Source: the human T2T-CHM13v2.0 reference genome, Homo sapiens. Taken from it: a stretch of DNA of 64,000 nucleotides. Positions within the stretch are counted from its first letter, which is position 1. Each line of letters starts with the position of its first letter. Position numbers and translations under genes: made by a program. A model generated the notes under the pieces. It had not been told where the DNA came from. It ran no database searches and saw only the letters and a program-made list of their open reading frames with translations. Shown piece by piece: positions 40,481 to 56,083 of this stretch. The stretch lies in the NCBI RefSeq assembly GCF_009914755.1, contig NC_060941.1; one strand, 5' to 3'.

Positions 40481-41220
40481 GCCACTCTGTGAGGGTCTGC
40501 TCTGTACACCAAGACCGTGGGGAGGACTGGCCGTCCTGCGTGTGCCTCACGGGGAAAGGAGAAGGGCGAGGGGAGGCAGCGGCAGCACGGCAAAGAAGCG
40601 AGTGTTGAAACCCTCAGGTGCTGTCCTTCCCGACCCCGGCTAGAGGGTTGGGAAGTGTCTTCTTGGAGACGTCCCTGAAGCGGGAGGGCCATGGCGTAGC
40701 TTCCGACCTCCACAGGCTGGACCCTTCTTGGGCAGGTGCCTGAAGCGGGAGGGCCATGGAGTAGCCTCCGACCTCCACAGGCTGGAGGTGCCCCTAGGGC
40801 AGGGTGGTGGACAGAGTCTTCCTCTGTTGGGGGGGGGGGTGCCCGCACTGGGCGCACAGATGTGAGCCGGGCTGAGTCCCGCGCCGGGTGCGCGGATGTG
40901 TGCTGGGCTGAGTGTGGCCGGCCACTTGTTTGCGTTGTTTGTGGACATACAAATAGGCTGTTGTTGAACTGGGTTCGTGGTGGGGACTTAGAGACTCTCA
41001 GAGTCTATGGCTATTTTTAAATTTTATTCTTTGAAGGTATTTGGCTTGCATGACCTTTGTTTGGTTATGTTTTACTTGAATCATGTCAAGGAAGCTACAT
41101 GAAGTGTGAACCAGAGTGTTCACTGCAAACCTTCTCCCCTGTAGCTTAATGTCCCTGGCTCTTTGTTTGCCAGAGCCAACAGTGAAAAGGGTGATAGGAT
41201 TTTTTATTTAAAGAAAAGGA

Positions 41221-43457
<2,237 letters not shown>

Positions 43458-43604
43458 GGATTCTTTTTATTGGAGTATAAATGAAAGGGCAGACAGTGGT
43501 CTAAAGTCTGCCCTTTCAAAATTTTAATTTTGAATTTTTTTTAGAGAGCCCACAGCCTGAAGAACCATGAGCCAATTAAACATTTTTTCTTTATTTTTTT
43601 TTTA

Positions 43605-45175
43605 AAGAAGAGTAGAGAGCCCAGAAATAAACCCTCACATAATGTAGTCAAATGGTTTTTTTTTTTTTTGAGATGGAGTTTCACCCTTTTTGCCCAGGCT
43701 GGAGTCCAATGCGCGGTCTTGGCTCACTGCATCCTCTGTCTCCCAGGTTCAAGCGATTCTCATGCCTCAGTCTCCTGAGTAGCTGGGATTACAGGCATGC
43801 ACCACCACGCCCGGCTAATTTTGTATTTTTAGTAGAGATGGGGTTTCTCCATGTTGGTCAGGGTGGTCTTGAAATCCTGACCTCAGGTGATCCGCCTGCC
43901 TCGGCCTCCCAAAGTGCTGGGATTACAGGCGTGAGCCACCACGCCTGGCCTCATCAAATGGTTTTTGACGAGGGTGCCCACATGCCCACACCATTCATTC
44001 AGACTTCCCAACAAGTGGTACCAGGTAAACGGTATGTCCACATGGAAAATAATGAATTTGGGCCCTTATCTTATACCGTGTGCAAAAATTAACTGAAAAT
44101 GGATCAAAGACCTAAATGTAAGGCCTGAAACTATAAAATTCTTAGAAGAAAACATAGGCAAAACCTATGACATTGGATTTGGTATTGATTTCTTGGATTT
44201 GATACCAAAGGCACAGGCAACAAAAGAAAAAGACAAATTGAACTTCTTGAAAATTTAAAAAATTTCTGCATCAAAAGACAACATCAGTAGTGAAAAGGTG
44301 TTGTACAGAATGGGAGTAAGTATTTGCAAATCATACATCTGACAAGGGATTAATATCCAGATTATAGAGAGAACTCCTAAAACTCAACAACAAAGAAACA
44401 AAAGACCCAGTTCAAAAACGTGAAAGACATTGTTTCAAAGAAGATATAGAAATGGCCAATAAGGACATGAAAAGATATTCAGCATCAGTAGTTATTAGGG
44501 AAATGCCAATCAAAACACAATGAGATCCCACCTCACACCCATTGGATTGGCTGCTATTAAAAACAAAAAACCCAGAAAATAGTGTTAGTGAGGATGTGGA
44601 GAAATTGGAACTGTTGTGTGCTGTTGCAAGGAATGCCAAACCGTGCAGCTGCTGTGGAAACAGACTAGCAGTTCCTCACAAAACTAAAAATAGAATTACC
44701 ATGTGATCCAGCAACCCCACTTCTGGATATAGACCCAAACTGAAGGCAGGGTCTTGAAGAAATATTTGTATGCCTGTTTTCATAGCAGCCTTATGCACAA
44801 TTTCCAGAGAATAGAAGATACAATGGAATATTATTCAGCCTTAAAAAGGAAGGAAATCCTGACATATGCTGAAACATAAATTAACCCTGAGGACGTTATG
44901 CTCAGTGAAATAAGCCAGTCATTGAGATTCCTAGAGTATCACATTTGCAGAGACAGAAGGCAGAATGGAGAGGTGGCCAGGGGCTGGGGGCGGGGAGGGG
45001 GAGCCGGTGTTTCTTGGGGACAGAGCTTCAGTTTGGGAAATGAGAACATTCTGGAGCGGGGTGGTGTGATGGCTGCACCTCTGTGTGAATGCGCTTCATG
45101 CTGCTGAAGTGTGCAGTTTAAAATGGTTAAAATGGTAAATTTTATGTTGTGTGTATTTTACCACAAAAAAAAAAA
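43605..45175 (+). mobile_element. Old L1 (L1MA/MB-like) ORF2 3' end and 3'UTR, split by an antisense Alu at 43656-43950
   Basis: CCAGAAATAAACCC, AAATGGATCAAAGACCTAAATGTAAG, ATAGAATTACCATGTGATCCAGCAA, CAATGGAATATTATTCAGCC, and terminal AATGGTAAATTTTATGTTGTGTGTATTTTACCAC-poly(A). The Alu has TSD TCAAATGGTTTTT. Confidence 0.9.
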
Positions 45176-46634
45176 TAGGCCCCCTGGAAAAACATCCGTT
45201 GTGCATGTGTTTGTGAAATGGAGGTGTGGCCAGTGGACTCTGGCCACCATCCTGTGCCTGGTGCTGTCTGAGAGTCGCCCCGGCTGGCATCAGGGCCTTC
45301 TCGTTGCTGCCCTCTCTCCCATTGCTCCTTTGCTGAGAGGCTGCCCTCTCTCTTGGCTGAATTTGGCTGAACATAACTGAGTGGGCCAAATAGTAAGTGT
45401 GCAAGTGGGTAGGCACAAGTCAGTCCTGCCGCCCAGTGCTTATTAAGCACTGCATGAAAAGGGCACAGAATTCCCTGGAGTAGAATGTGCCCAAGTTTAC
45501 GTAAGTCACATACAGCTCACCGCCAAGCAGCAGCCTTGAAGACCCCACTTCAAGTGTGACTGACAGCAGCGGTGGGTGCAGGGGAAGGGTCGGTCACAGC
45601 TGCCACCCTGAGGTTGGGTCGGCTCCCAACTCCGCCTCTCCTCCCACCTGCTGCTTTCTTTTCATCCTGCGTTTCCTTGCTTGCCCCTCCCCACACCTGC
45701 ACAGACCTTTGTCAGGGGGAACCCAGGTCCCCGGGGCCTCCAGGTGGAGCGAGCCTGAGCAACCTGACTTTCCAAACCTGCCGTCCACCCAGCAGGTCAC
45801 TCGCCTTCCTCGGGCCACACTGGCTGCATCCTCCACTTGTTAAAAGTTGGCTCTTTAAACTCATAAATTGTAGATGCTTTTTCTCCAGTGCTTTAAGGAT
45901 GGTTGCTGGCATTGAGTAAATACTTGTTGAATGGGTGAGTGAGTATACCAGTGGTGCATATTCATGGCGGAGAGTCTAAGAAGCACTGCAGAGGGTACAA
46001 GGCCACTCGTGTGTTGCCCTTTCCCTCCTCCCCCCCACCTCTCCATCTCCCTGGCCCTCCTTTTGGAGTTGTTTCTCAGAGGTCATGCCTTTAGGCTTCT
46101 TGGTGATTTTCTCTAGACCTTCTCTATGCATTTGCAATGTTTTTCCCCAAACACACCTCTCTGACTTATAAGATAATCTTACCTTGATATTGTTCCATTT
46201 CAATGGCTCGTTCTTTTTATTGAAGTGCAGAAAATGAGGCATGGAGAGAATCTGCAGCTCCTTGACTTACCAGAAATGCACGTGCCCTTTAATCGGCACA
46301 GAGATCAAGAATCAGAACACTCCCTGAGCCCCCGTCCAGCCCGGTGGGAAAAAGTGGCTGTTTGAAAACGGGCCTGATTCTGTGTCCCGGGCGCCCCCAG
46401 CTGACCCGCTGCTGCGTCCCGGGCGCCCCCAGCTGACTGCTGTTGTGCCTTCAGCAGGTGTCCATGTCCACGGCTTCATCTTCAGTGGAACCGCTTGCTC
46501 CACTTCAGCTCCAGGGGCCTTGGCTGGCAGACCCCTCCCCTCCCCCACCACCCCGACTTTCCCTGTCTTTTCTGTGCCCCCTGTCACAGCTCCTCAGTGA
46601 GGACCTCTGTGCCTATCTTGTGTCACTTTGTGTC

Positions 46635-46735
46635 TTTAATAAGTTCTGGAACCATTCGGAGCCTCAGTTTCCTCACTGGTGAAATGAGTGGGCCACTGCC
46701 TCCCCTGAGAGCTTGTGTCACATTTCATGAGCTGA
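46635..46735 (+). mobile_element. MIR core fragment
   Basis: GAGCCTCAGTTTCCTCACTGGTGAAATGAG matches the MIR core. Confidence 0.6.
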
Positions 46736-46945
46736 CGTTTATAGAAGCAAATACCCTATTTCCACATTGCTTCTTGGGACGATCTTAAATTTCACAGATC
46801 ATTTATAAGAATCTGTGTTTCCATAGGAAATGCTGATATTCTCTTCCTTTTTTTTTTTTTTTTAACATTTCTGTATTTGTTATCCCTGTAATTAAAGCCA
46901 GTTGCTGAAGCACAGTAGGATGCGTGCACTGTGATAGACTAATAG

Positions 46946-47128
<183 letters not shown>

Positions 47129-47479
47129 TAGCCTTGAAGCAGCCCCTGGGGGACAGTGTGTAGCCACAGGGCCCTCAGTGTCACCTGCCTGTCACTCACC
47201 TGCCTGTCCAGTGACAGCCCTGCCAGGGCATCGGTGGGGATGTGGGCTTGATTCTGGTGTTGCTGCTGTGTTCTTGGTATTGGGGCTTTTTGCAAGTGTA
47301 CTCGTTTAGTCATTCAACGCACATCTTAGGGTCTCCCTAATAGCTGTAGGCCCAGGTGCTGAGGGCTGGGCAGACAGCGGAAGATGGAGGAGTACCTTGG
47401 TCTTTGTGGAGCTCATGTGTGTTTGTGCCGGAGTTTATCCCCTTGTCCCAAACTCTGAAGGTTATGCAAATGCACACCC

Positions 47480-48560
47480 TGCCACTCATGTTTGTATAGG
47501 GCACGTTTGTCACTTGTTTGGACAGCAGTTGTTGAGAGTCACACTATGACCTGGCACGTTTGTATTCTTTGACCCAGTAATTTTCCTTTTAGGACTTTGA
47601 CCAAAGGAAATGGATGAAAGTTTGTATAAAACAATGGAATGCGGCTGGGTGTGGTGGCTCATGCCTGTAATCCCAGCACTTTGGGAGGCCAAGGCGGGGG
47701 GATCACTTGAGGTCAGGAGTTGGAGACCAGCCTGGTCAACATGGTTAAACCCCGCTTCTACCAAAAAAAAAATACAAAAAGCCAGGCGTGGTGGCACGCA
47801 GCTGTAATCTCAGCTGCTCTGGAGGCTGAGGCGGGAGAATCACTTGAACCCCGGGAGGCGGAGGTTGCAGTGAGCTGAGATCACACCACTGAACTCCAGC
47901 CTGGGTGAGAGAGTGAGCTCCTGTTTCAAAAAAATAAAATAAAAAATAAAAAGAACGCAACCTCAGTGTCCCTAGGGGAATGGTGATTAGGATATTGTGC
48001 TTCCACTTAGGGAATAGCATGCAGAGTATTTGCTGATATGGAAATATTCCAGATGTAATGCTGAGTGGAAGAAAGAGAGTAAGAACCATGCATGGTATTA
48101 CTTGACATATTGAGGAAGTGTGATCTATCCCAGCAGAACGCAGCACAGCCATGAGAATGAATAAGCCACAGCTGTGCATCCCCCACCTGCGGCCGACTAC
48201 GGCGTCTAACACAGGGTGCTAGGCAAGGAGGGCGCGTCGCGTGTGGTGCTGTTTCTGTCAGGCTTACAATTGGACAGATCTAAGTTGTATTGTTTAAGGA
48301 TGCAGCCAAGTGGTAAAACGTAGTAAATCCCAGCAAAACTGTGGTCACTCTAAGAAGTCAGTAGTAATGGTGGCCTCTTGGAGAAGTAGAGGTAGCGGGC
48401 TGAGAGGGCCCATACGAGCATGTTGGGGATGCTGGTGGTGCCCTGTCTCTTGACCTAGTATACTGATGTTCACTTTGCAAAAATTTGTTCAGCTGACATA
48501 AATGTATCATGAGCTTTTCTGTCTGTTTTATATGTTTTTCAATTTAAAAAGTTTTTAGAA
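47480..48560 (+). mobile_element. Highly degenerate L1ME-like 3' fragment interrupted by an Alu (47643-47952)
   Basis: TTTGACCCAGTAATTTTCCTTTTAGGA, and a 3' end TGTTCACTTTGCAAAAATTTGTTCAGCTG...TTCAATTTAAAAAG. Confidence 0.5.
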
Positions 48561-48951
48561 ACATAGAAAAAAATCACAGGGAAGTCAACAGCACAGGCAC
48601 AGTGACGAAGGCTTTGTTAGCTGTTTAAAGGAAGAGACGTAGCGGGCAGTGTGGCATGCACCTGTAGTCACAGCTGCTCGGGAGGCTGAGGCAGAATCAC
48701 TTGAGTTCAAAGCTGTGGTGAGCTACGATCAATCCTTGAATAGCCACTGTACTCTAGCCTGGGCAACATAGCAAGACCCTGTCTAAAAAGAAAGAATTAG
48801 GTATGTGGAGGGTCTTCTTGTGATTACATTTTTCTGTTTAGAAAAAAAAAGCGATAGGCTGGGCGCGGTGGCTCACGCCTGTAATCCCCAGCACTTTGGG
48901 AGGCCAAGGTGGGCGGATCACGAGGTCAGGAGATCAAGACCATCCTGGCTA

Positions 48952-49348
<397 letters not shown>

Positions 49349-50634
49349 TCAGTGAGCCGTGATCACACCACTGCACTCTGGCCTGGGCGACAGAGTGAGA
49401 CCGTGTCCCCAGAAAAGAAAAGACAAACGTCCCTCTGCCCACTCTGAGCTGTCAGCGCTGAACGCGGCCTGTGCTATGGAAGCCCATGTGGGCGCCTCTG
49501 ATATCCTTGCCTCCTGTCTGTCAGCCTGCCTGTTTCCCATTCCATTTGTGTTTATCCTTGAACAGTATCTATAATTGTTCATTGTAAAACTCCATGTATA
49601 TAGTATCATCTTGAATGTATTTTTTCATCCGACATTATCTGTTGCTCTTCATCCATGTTGACAAGCGTGTTGCCCAGAAGTTCACAACCAGGAGTGATTC
49701 CCTTTCCCAGTGGGCTCGTGCCTGTAAGTGTGGGTTTCAAGTTGTCACTATGACAGGGAGCCACCAGTGGCCTTGAAAGAGCCAGGACCAGGGATGCCAG
49801 CCTGTCAGCGGGGCACTCAGCAGCCAGGATGTCTCCAACCCCAAGGTGAAGCCTCCATGGGGCTCTTCGTGGGCCAGGGGGCTCCTCCTCATGGGCGGCA
49901 GGGTCTCCTTGTGGATGGGTATTTGGTGAGTCCCAGGGGCTCTGGGCAGCCCTGGCCACCCCTGGTGCTTATGCCTGGGGAGGGGTGCTGCTGGCTGTGA
50001 GCCCTCAGCCAGCCTTACCCACCCCTCGCCTGTACCTCTGGGGTAGCTGACAGGATCTGGTCGTGGTTGAGGTGCTTTGCCTTGGACTCCACTGAGGTCA
50101 AGCAGCCTTTATGTCTTCATTTTTGACATTTGGATTTTTTCCTTATGTAATTTTTAATATTCTTTATAGTTTTCCATTTGTTTCCTCCATGTTTTCGAAT
50201 TGTATTACTTTCATAGTAAGAAAAATGAGGTATCAGGCTGGGCGCAGTGGCTCACACCCGTAATCCCAGCACGTTGGGAGGCCGAGGCAGGCGGATCACC
50301 TGAGGTCAGGAGTTTGAGACCGGCCTGGCCAACATGGTGAAACCCCGTCTCTACTAAAACCACAAAAATTAGCCGGGCGCGGTGGCAGGCGCCTGTGATC
50401 CCAGCTACTCGGGAGGCTGAGGCAGGAGAACCGCTTGAACTCAGAGGGCGGAGACTGCAGTGAGCCAAGATCGCGTCACTGTACTCCAGCCTGGGCGACA
50501 CAGCGAGACTCTGTCTCAAAAAAAAGACAAATGAGATATCAGAGGAACACTTAAAAGCACTGAGAATCTTTAAATCTAGTAAATTTAATACAAAATATGG
50601 TAACTTCAATATTCGTTTTGTGTTTGTTTTTTAA

Positions 50635-50820
<186 letters not shown>

Positions 50821-52440
50821 TGATGGATACCGAGAAGAAAGTGGAGCGGCTGCTGTCTGGAACACAGGCACAGGATAGGAAGGTAGAAGGGGGGGTTGGA
50901 GCCTCCCGTGCTGAGAGGAAGAGGAGTTGGGGGCCGGTGCTGCCATGCTCTGCCTCACCTTCTTTGTGTGGAGCAGAAGGAAGCGTGGTTCTGGAGGAGC
51001 GTCTAGGCCTGCGTGCTTTACTGTTGTGGAAATTCATGTGTCTGCATAGGATTTGTGAAGTGTGGATTGTTTGAGATATTTCCCTTTGACCAATGCAGTT
51101 CATATTTGAAATGTAGGAGAAATTTAAAACCCAGCCTATCCTTCCCTTTGGCATTCTCCTGTCTTCCTCATCTAGTCCTGCTAATGGACAGAAGTTTTGA
51201 AGTTTGCAGAGACAGTTTTCAAACCGCATTTTACCAAGGAACACTTAGAAGACATCTTAACCAGTTGGCCGGGGTAAAAAACAGATGAACGTGGTGTGCC
51301 CTGTCTCAGCCGGGGAGCCTACCTGGTCGTGGAACCCCGGGGCTACCCCCAAGAGACACTTTGAAATCTGCAAAATATTCCCTTTGGCCAGCTCACACAC
51401 CAATAATTTTTTTTTTTTTTTGAGTCAGAGTCTCGCTCTGTTATGCCAATAATTTTAACCCTTTAGACTATGTAGGTTTTTTCTCTGTGTATCTGTGTTG
51501 TGTTGGCTGTTTACTGGATGTATATGAGAATCTTGCTATTTGAAATAATTTGGCAGTGGGTAGGTTTGAAATATAGAATATTAAAAACATAGAGAAGAAA
51601 TGTATGTATGCTTATAGTTTTTTAATTCATTAAGTAACCAGGAACATCTATAGAATTTCTTTGAGGCTTTAATGAGTAAATGATCCTTTAAAAAAACATC
51701 TAAACTACATGGCTTAGTGGTAAGGATGGTGCAGGGGCAACTGTTTTCTATTTATTGAAGGGGAAAAACCTTTTTTGTTTTAACCACAGATGTATAAACA
51801 TGTTATGTTAAAAAATAGCCTACCGGCCGGGCACAGTAACTCATGCCTATAATTCTAGCACTTTGAGAGCCGAGGCAGGTGGATCGCGTGACTCTAGGAT
51901 TTCGAGAGCAGCCTGGGCAACATGGCGAGACCCTGTCTCTACAAAAAATAAAAAAAAATTAGCTGAGTGTGGTGGCTTACGCTTGTAGTCCCAGCTACTC
52001 CAGAGGCTGAGGTGGGAGGATCACCTGAGCCCAGGAAGCAGAGGTTACAGATATCTGTGATCACACCACTGCACTCCAGCCTGGGTGACAGAGCAAGACC
52101 CTGTCTCAAAAAGGAAAAAAAAAGCCTACCAGCCACGTCTTCCATATTTCCTTTGTGGAGGGGCTTGGGGGTCTTTAATCATGGAAGGTACAGAATGAGA
52201 CCCAGCCTCCCCTCTGGCCCACCTTGTGCCCACCCCCCATACCTGGAGTGTCTATACCCTGTCCTGCCTGCCTTCCTGTCTACAGCAAGGGGGTATCTCT
52301 TAATTAACCATTAGGAAAATGCTGGATTTGGAGAGTAGTTCCATATTCAGTTGCATGTCAGGGTCTCTTAACATATTGCATGCTAAATTCTGGCCGTATT
52401 TACTCTATAAAACTGAGGCTGTGCTTCAAACTATATACAT

Positions 52441-52451
52441 ACACACACACA

Positions 52452-52504
<53 letters not shown>
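52441..52504. repeat. Compound microsatellite (AC)n(TC)n(AC)n
   Basis: Read directly from the sequence. Confidence 0.95.
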
Positions 52505-52506
<2 letters not shown>

Positions 52507-53164
52507 CCAGATAATAACTTCTACCCATGTTCCAGTGACCATGGCTTTATGGCTTTGTCAAGGAGAGAAACTCCACATGGGGTCCAGCTTGCTCTGTGGG
52601 AGTGTGTGAGGGTCCCTCAGAGTTTACAGCTTATTCTGATGGTTTGAGATACCAGTTACCTGGGGCTTTGTGAGTGTGTTTCTAAGAAGCTTTATTAGAC
52701 TCTAATGTGTTTCTCTTAAGTGGTATTTCTGTGTGTTTTTTCTAACATCCATTTATTTGAGAACTACCTATGAACAGGACAAGGCTTTCTTGCTAAAGAG
52801 GGTGGCTGGATAAAGGCCTGGCCTCAGTTTTGGGGGGGCCCAAGTCAGGACAGGCCTTTTGGGGAGCAGAGCCCTTGGAGCAAGGCTCTCCTGGACCACA
52901 GTCGTGAAGTGGCGAGGACCCCACGGGACCCCTCATGCATGCCCTGCTTTCTGTCGTCTATTGCAGGTGCCTGCACAGCTCACGTCGGCAGGGAATGACA
53001 GACTAGCACACGTCAGGCACCCTTCTCTGCTGAACTGCTATTAAACTTGTTTCTGTTGAAACATTTTCTCTCCTGTCTAGATGGAGGTCTGTAAGTCTAC
53101 AGCTGCATCTCTTTCCCCAGTAAGGCCACTCCTGTGTCATTTCACGCCTCGTGGCTCCAGCTAA

Positions 53165-53615
<451 letters not shown>

Positions 53616-54784
53616 TGAGCCGCCCTTCCCAGTGCCTCAGACCTTATTCTGACTTCCTCCCTCCTGGCTTACAACAAAAGCCAGGTGTTTTGTATTGTCT
53701 ACCTATGGTATAGCTTTTTGGTCAATCCACAGAGGACATCTGAGGGTGAAATGAGATGGTCTGAGGAATCCTATTTGAAAAGATGCCATATGTCTTTCTT
53801 TTGTTTGCATTTACGTCCTATGATTTGATTTTTTCATGGTACAAAAGTATTTAATAAGTGACACTTCAGTACAGAAAACACAGAGCTTGTAGCTTGTCCT
53901 TTAAAACCAGGACGGCCAAGTGAAAAGTCAGTACAGAGTCTTATTTTTACTATTAAACAAATCAAAGGGACACACTGGGCATTGAACTACTATGCTTTTT
54001 CTTCTTTCTAGAGATGACATACGTGTTTTCTGATAAGTAATGTACCACACATTGCACTAAAGCAAAGCAGCAAACAGCCAGTAAAGCTGTGCCCTGCCTG
54101 CTGCTCCCGCCGGGCTGGACCAGTGGAACACCATCTCGGTAGGAGAGGAAGAAAATGCAGAGTCCCTAACCCAGAGAGCCTAACAAACTGGTTTATACCG
54201 AAGTGATCTTCAGCAAACACGCAAACACACTAACATGCTGTAAGAATGTTTTAGTCTATTTCTAGCACACAGCATAAATTCGTAGGTGCCCAGTCAAATA
54301 GGAAGGAACGCCATTGTAGAAAGCATTTTTGCCTTCACAGCACTAACACCTAAAAAGCACACGGCATATAGTACTTTGATCTTTAAGTGGATAAGCATGG
54401 AAGTCCCAAGATCATATCCACTAGATTAGCCTGAGTATTCATCTATAAAAATATATATTTTTAAAATAATGCTTAAAAGAGACTTCTAGAAACAGTGGGA
54501 CTACATCAGGAGCAGAAGACAGCGACACAAGGACTGCAAATGTTAAGACTAGGAGTGGCTTTTCACGTGGAACTTTTATGTAGAGGACGTCTCTTTCTGT
54601 TGATTGCTACAGCCGAGACAAGCTGTGATCACAGGAGATTCTGAAATCTCAAGCTGGGCTTGAGTAACACCCTAGATAGACATCAGGAACCCCATTGAGG
54701 CTGAAGTACTGAAACTGACCCATGTGAAGAAGAGATAAAGAGATGCAGATGCGCAAAGATTCACGCAGAGCCTGCTGGGACAGA

Positions 54785-55203
54785 GGGTGGCGGCGGGTTC
54801 ATCCACACGTCCACACCAGCGTGTGTGCTTGGGTGGCGGCGGCGGGTTCATCCACACCAGCGTGTGTGCTCAGGTGGCGGCGGCGGGTTCGTCCACACGT
54901 CCACACCAGCGTGTGTGCTCGGGTGGCGGCGGCGGGTTCGTCCACACCAGCGTGTGCTCGGGTGGCGGCGGCGGGTTCGTCCACACCAGCGTGTGCTCGG
55001 GTGGCGGCGGCGGGTTCGTCCACACCAGCGTGTGTGCTCGGGTGGCGGCGGCGGGTTCGTCCACACCAGCGTGTGTGCTCGGGTGGCGGCGGCGGGTTCG
55101 TCCACACCAGCGTGTGTGCTCGGGTGGCGGCGGCGGGTTCGTCCACACCAGCGTGTGTGCTCGGGTGGCGGCGGCGGGTTCGTCCACACCAGCGTGTGTG
55201 CTT
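54785..55203. repeat. CpG-rich minisatellite, ~10 copies of a 41-bp unit (39- and 49-bp variants)
   Basis: Unit GGGTGGCGGCGGCGGGTTCGTCCACACCAGCGTGTGTGCTC read directly, e.g. starting at 55040, 55081, 55122, 55163. Confidence 0.97.
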
Positions 55204-55780
55204 GGGGAAGGACCCCCCAAGTGGAGTGCTGGACATGGGCTCGCTCCAGAGGCGTCTGACTCAGAAGCTCCTGAGAGAAGTGTCTCCTTGAGGAGGGGAG
55301 GAATACTACGGTTAATGAATACAAGAAGGTGTTTCAGGAGAAATAGGTCTAGGAGGGTTAAGTCATTTTGGTTTTGACCTGTCAATACTTAACATAAATG
55401 AAGAATTACAAAACAGAGTCAGTCTTTTTCCAAGATGTATTCTGTCATCATGAGCTGAGCCTGTTGGGCTGGTGACATCCAGAATGTTCCAATTCATTGG
55501 CTGGAGGGAGGACCCAGTGCCGCAGATTGTTCTGGGAAGCTGGCACAGAAGATGATTGACACAACGAAGTCACCACTAAGCCACTGCTTAAGTCTAGTCC
55601 TCGGCCTTCTTTTTCTGCTCTGTAGTCCAAAACCGTGAACGTAGCAGCATGTCGAATATGTCACCAGCTGCTTCATTTTTATGGTGCTGTAATGTGGTGG
55701 TGAAAGCTGCCATGTTGAATCCAGAAATCCGCTCCAGCAGCTGTTCTTCAATATATTTTTCTACCAAAAAAATGTATGCA

Positions 55781-56083
55781 GGCTGGGTGCGGTGGCTCAT
55801 GCCTGTAATCCCAGCACTTTGGGAGGCTGTGGCCGGCAGATCACCTGTGGTTGGAGGGTTCGAGACCAGATGACCAACACGGAGAAACTACATCTCTACT
55901 AAAAATACAGTATTATTAGCGGGGTGTGGTGGTGCGTGCCTGTAATCCCAGCTACTCAGGAGGCTGAAGCAGGAGAATTGTTTGAACCCACATGGCGGAG
56001 ACTGCGGTGAGCTGATATCGCGTCATTGCACTCCAGCCTGGGCAACAAGAGCAAAACTCCGTCTCAAAAAAAGAAAAAGAAAA
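55781..56083 (+). mobile_element. AluS inserted into the ARL2BP retrocopy CDS
   Basis: Full-length Alu flanked by a 15-bp target-site duplication, aaaaaaatgtatgca (55766-55780) / aaagaaatgtattca (56084-56098), derived from the ARL2BP codons EYISL. Confidence 0.93.

Noticed and set aside
40024-40857. Longest ORF in the track (277 aa, minus strand)
   Set aside because: Crosses an L2 remnant and local duplications; low-complexity, with no recognisable domain.
44050-44750. L1 ORF2 coding potential
   Set aside because: Multiple stops and frameshifts; an inactive old fragment.
54743-55385. ORFs of 144-196 aa in all six frames
   Set aside because: The GC-rich 41-bp repeat simply lacks stop codons.
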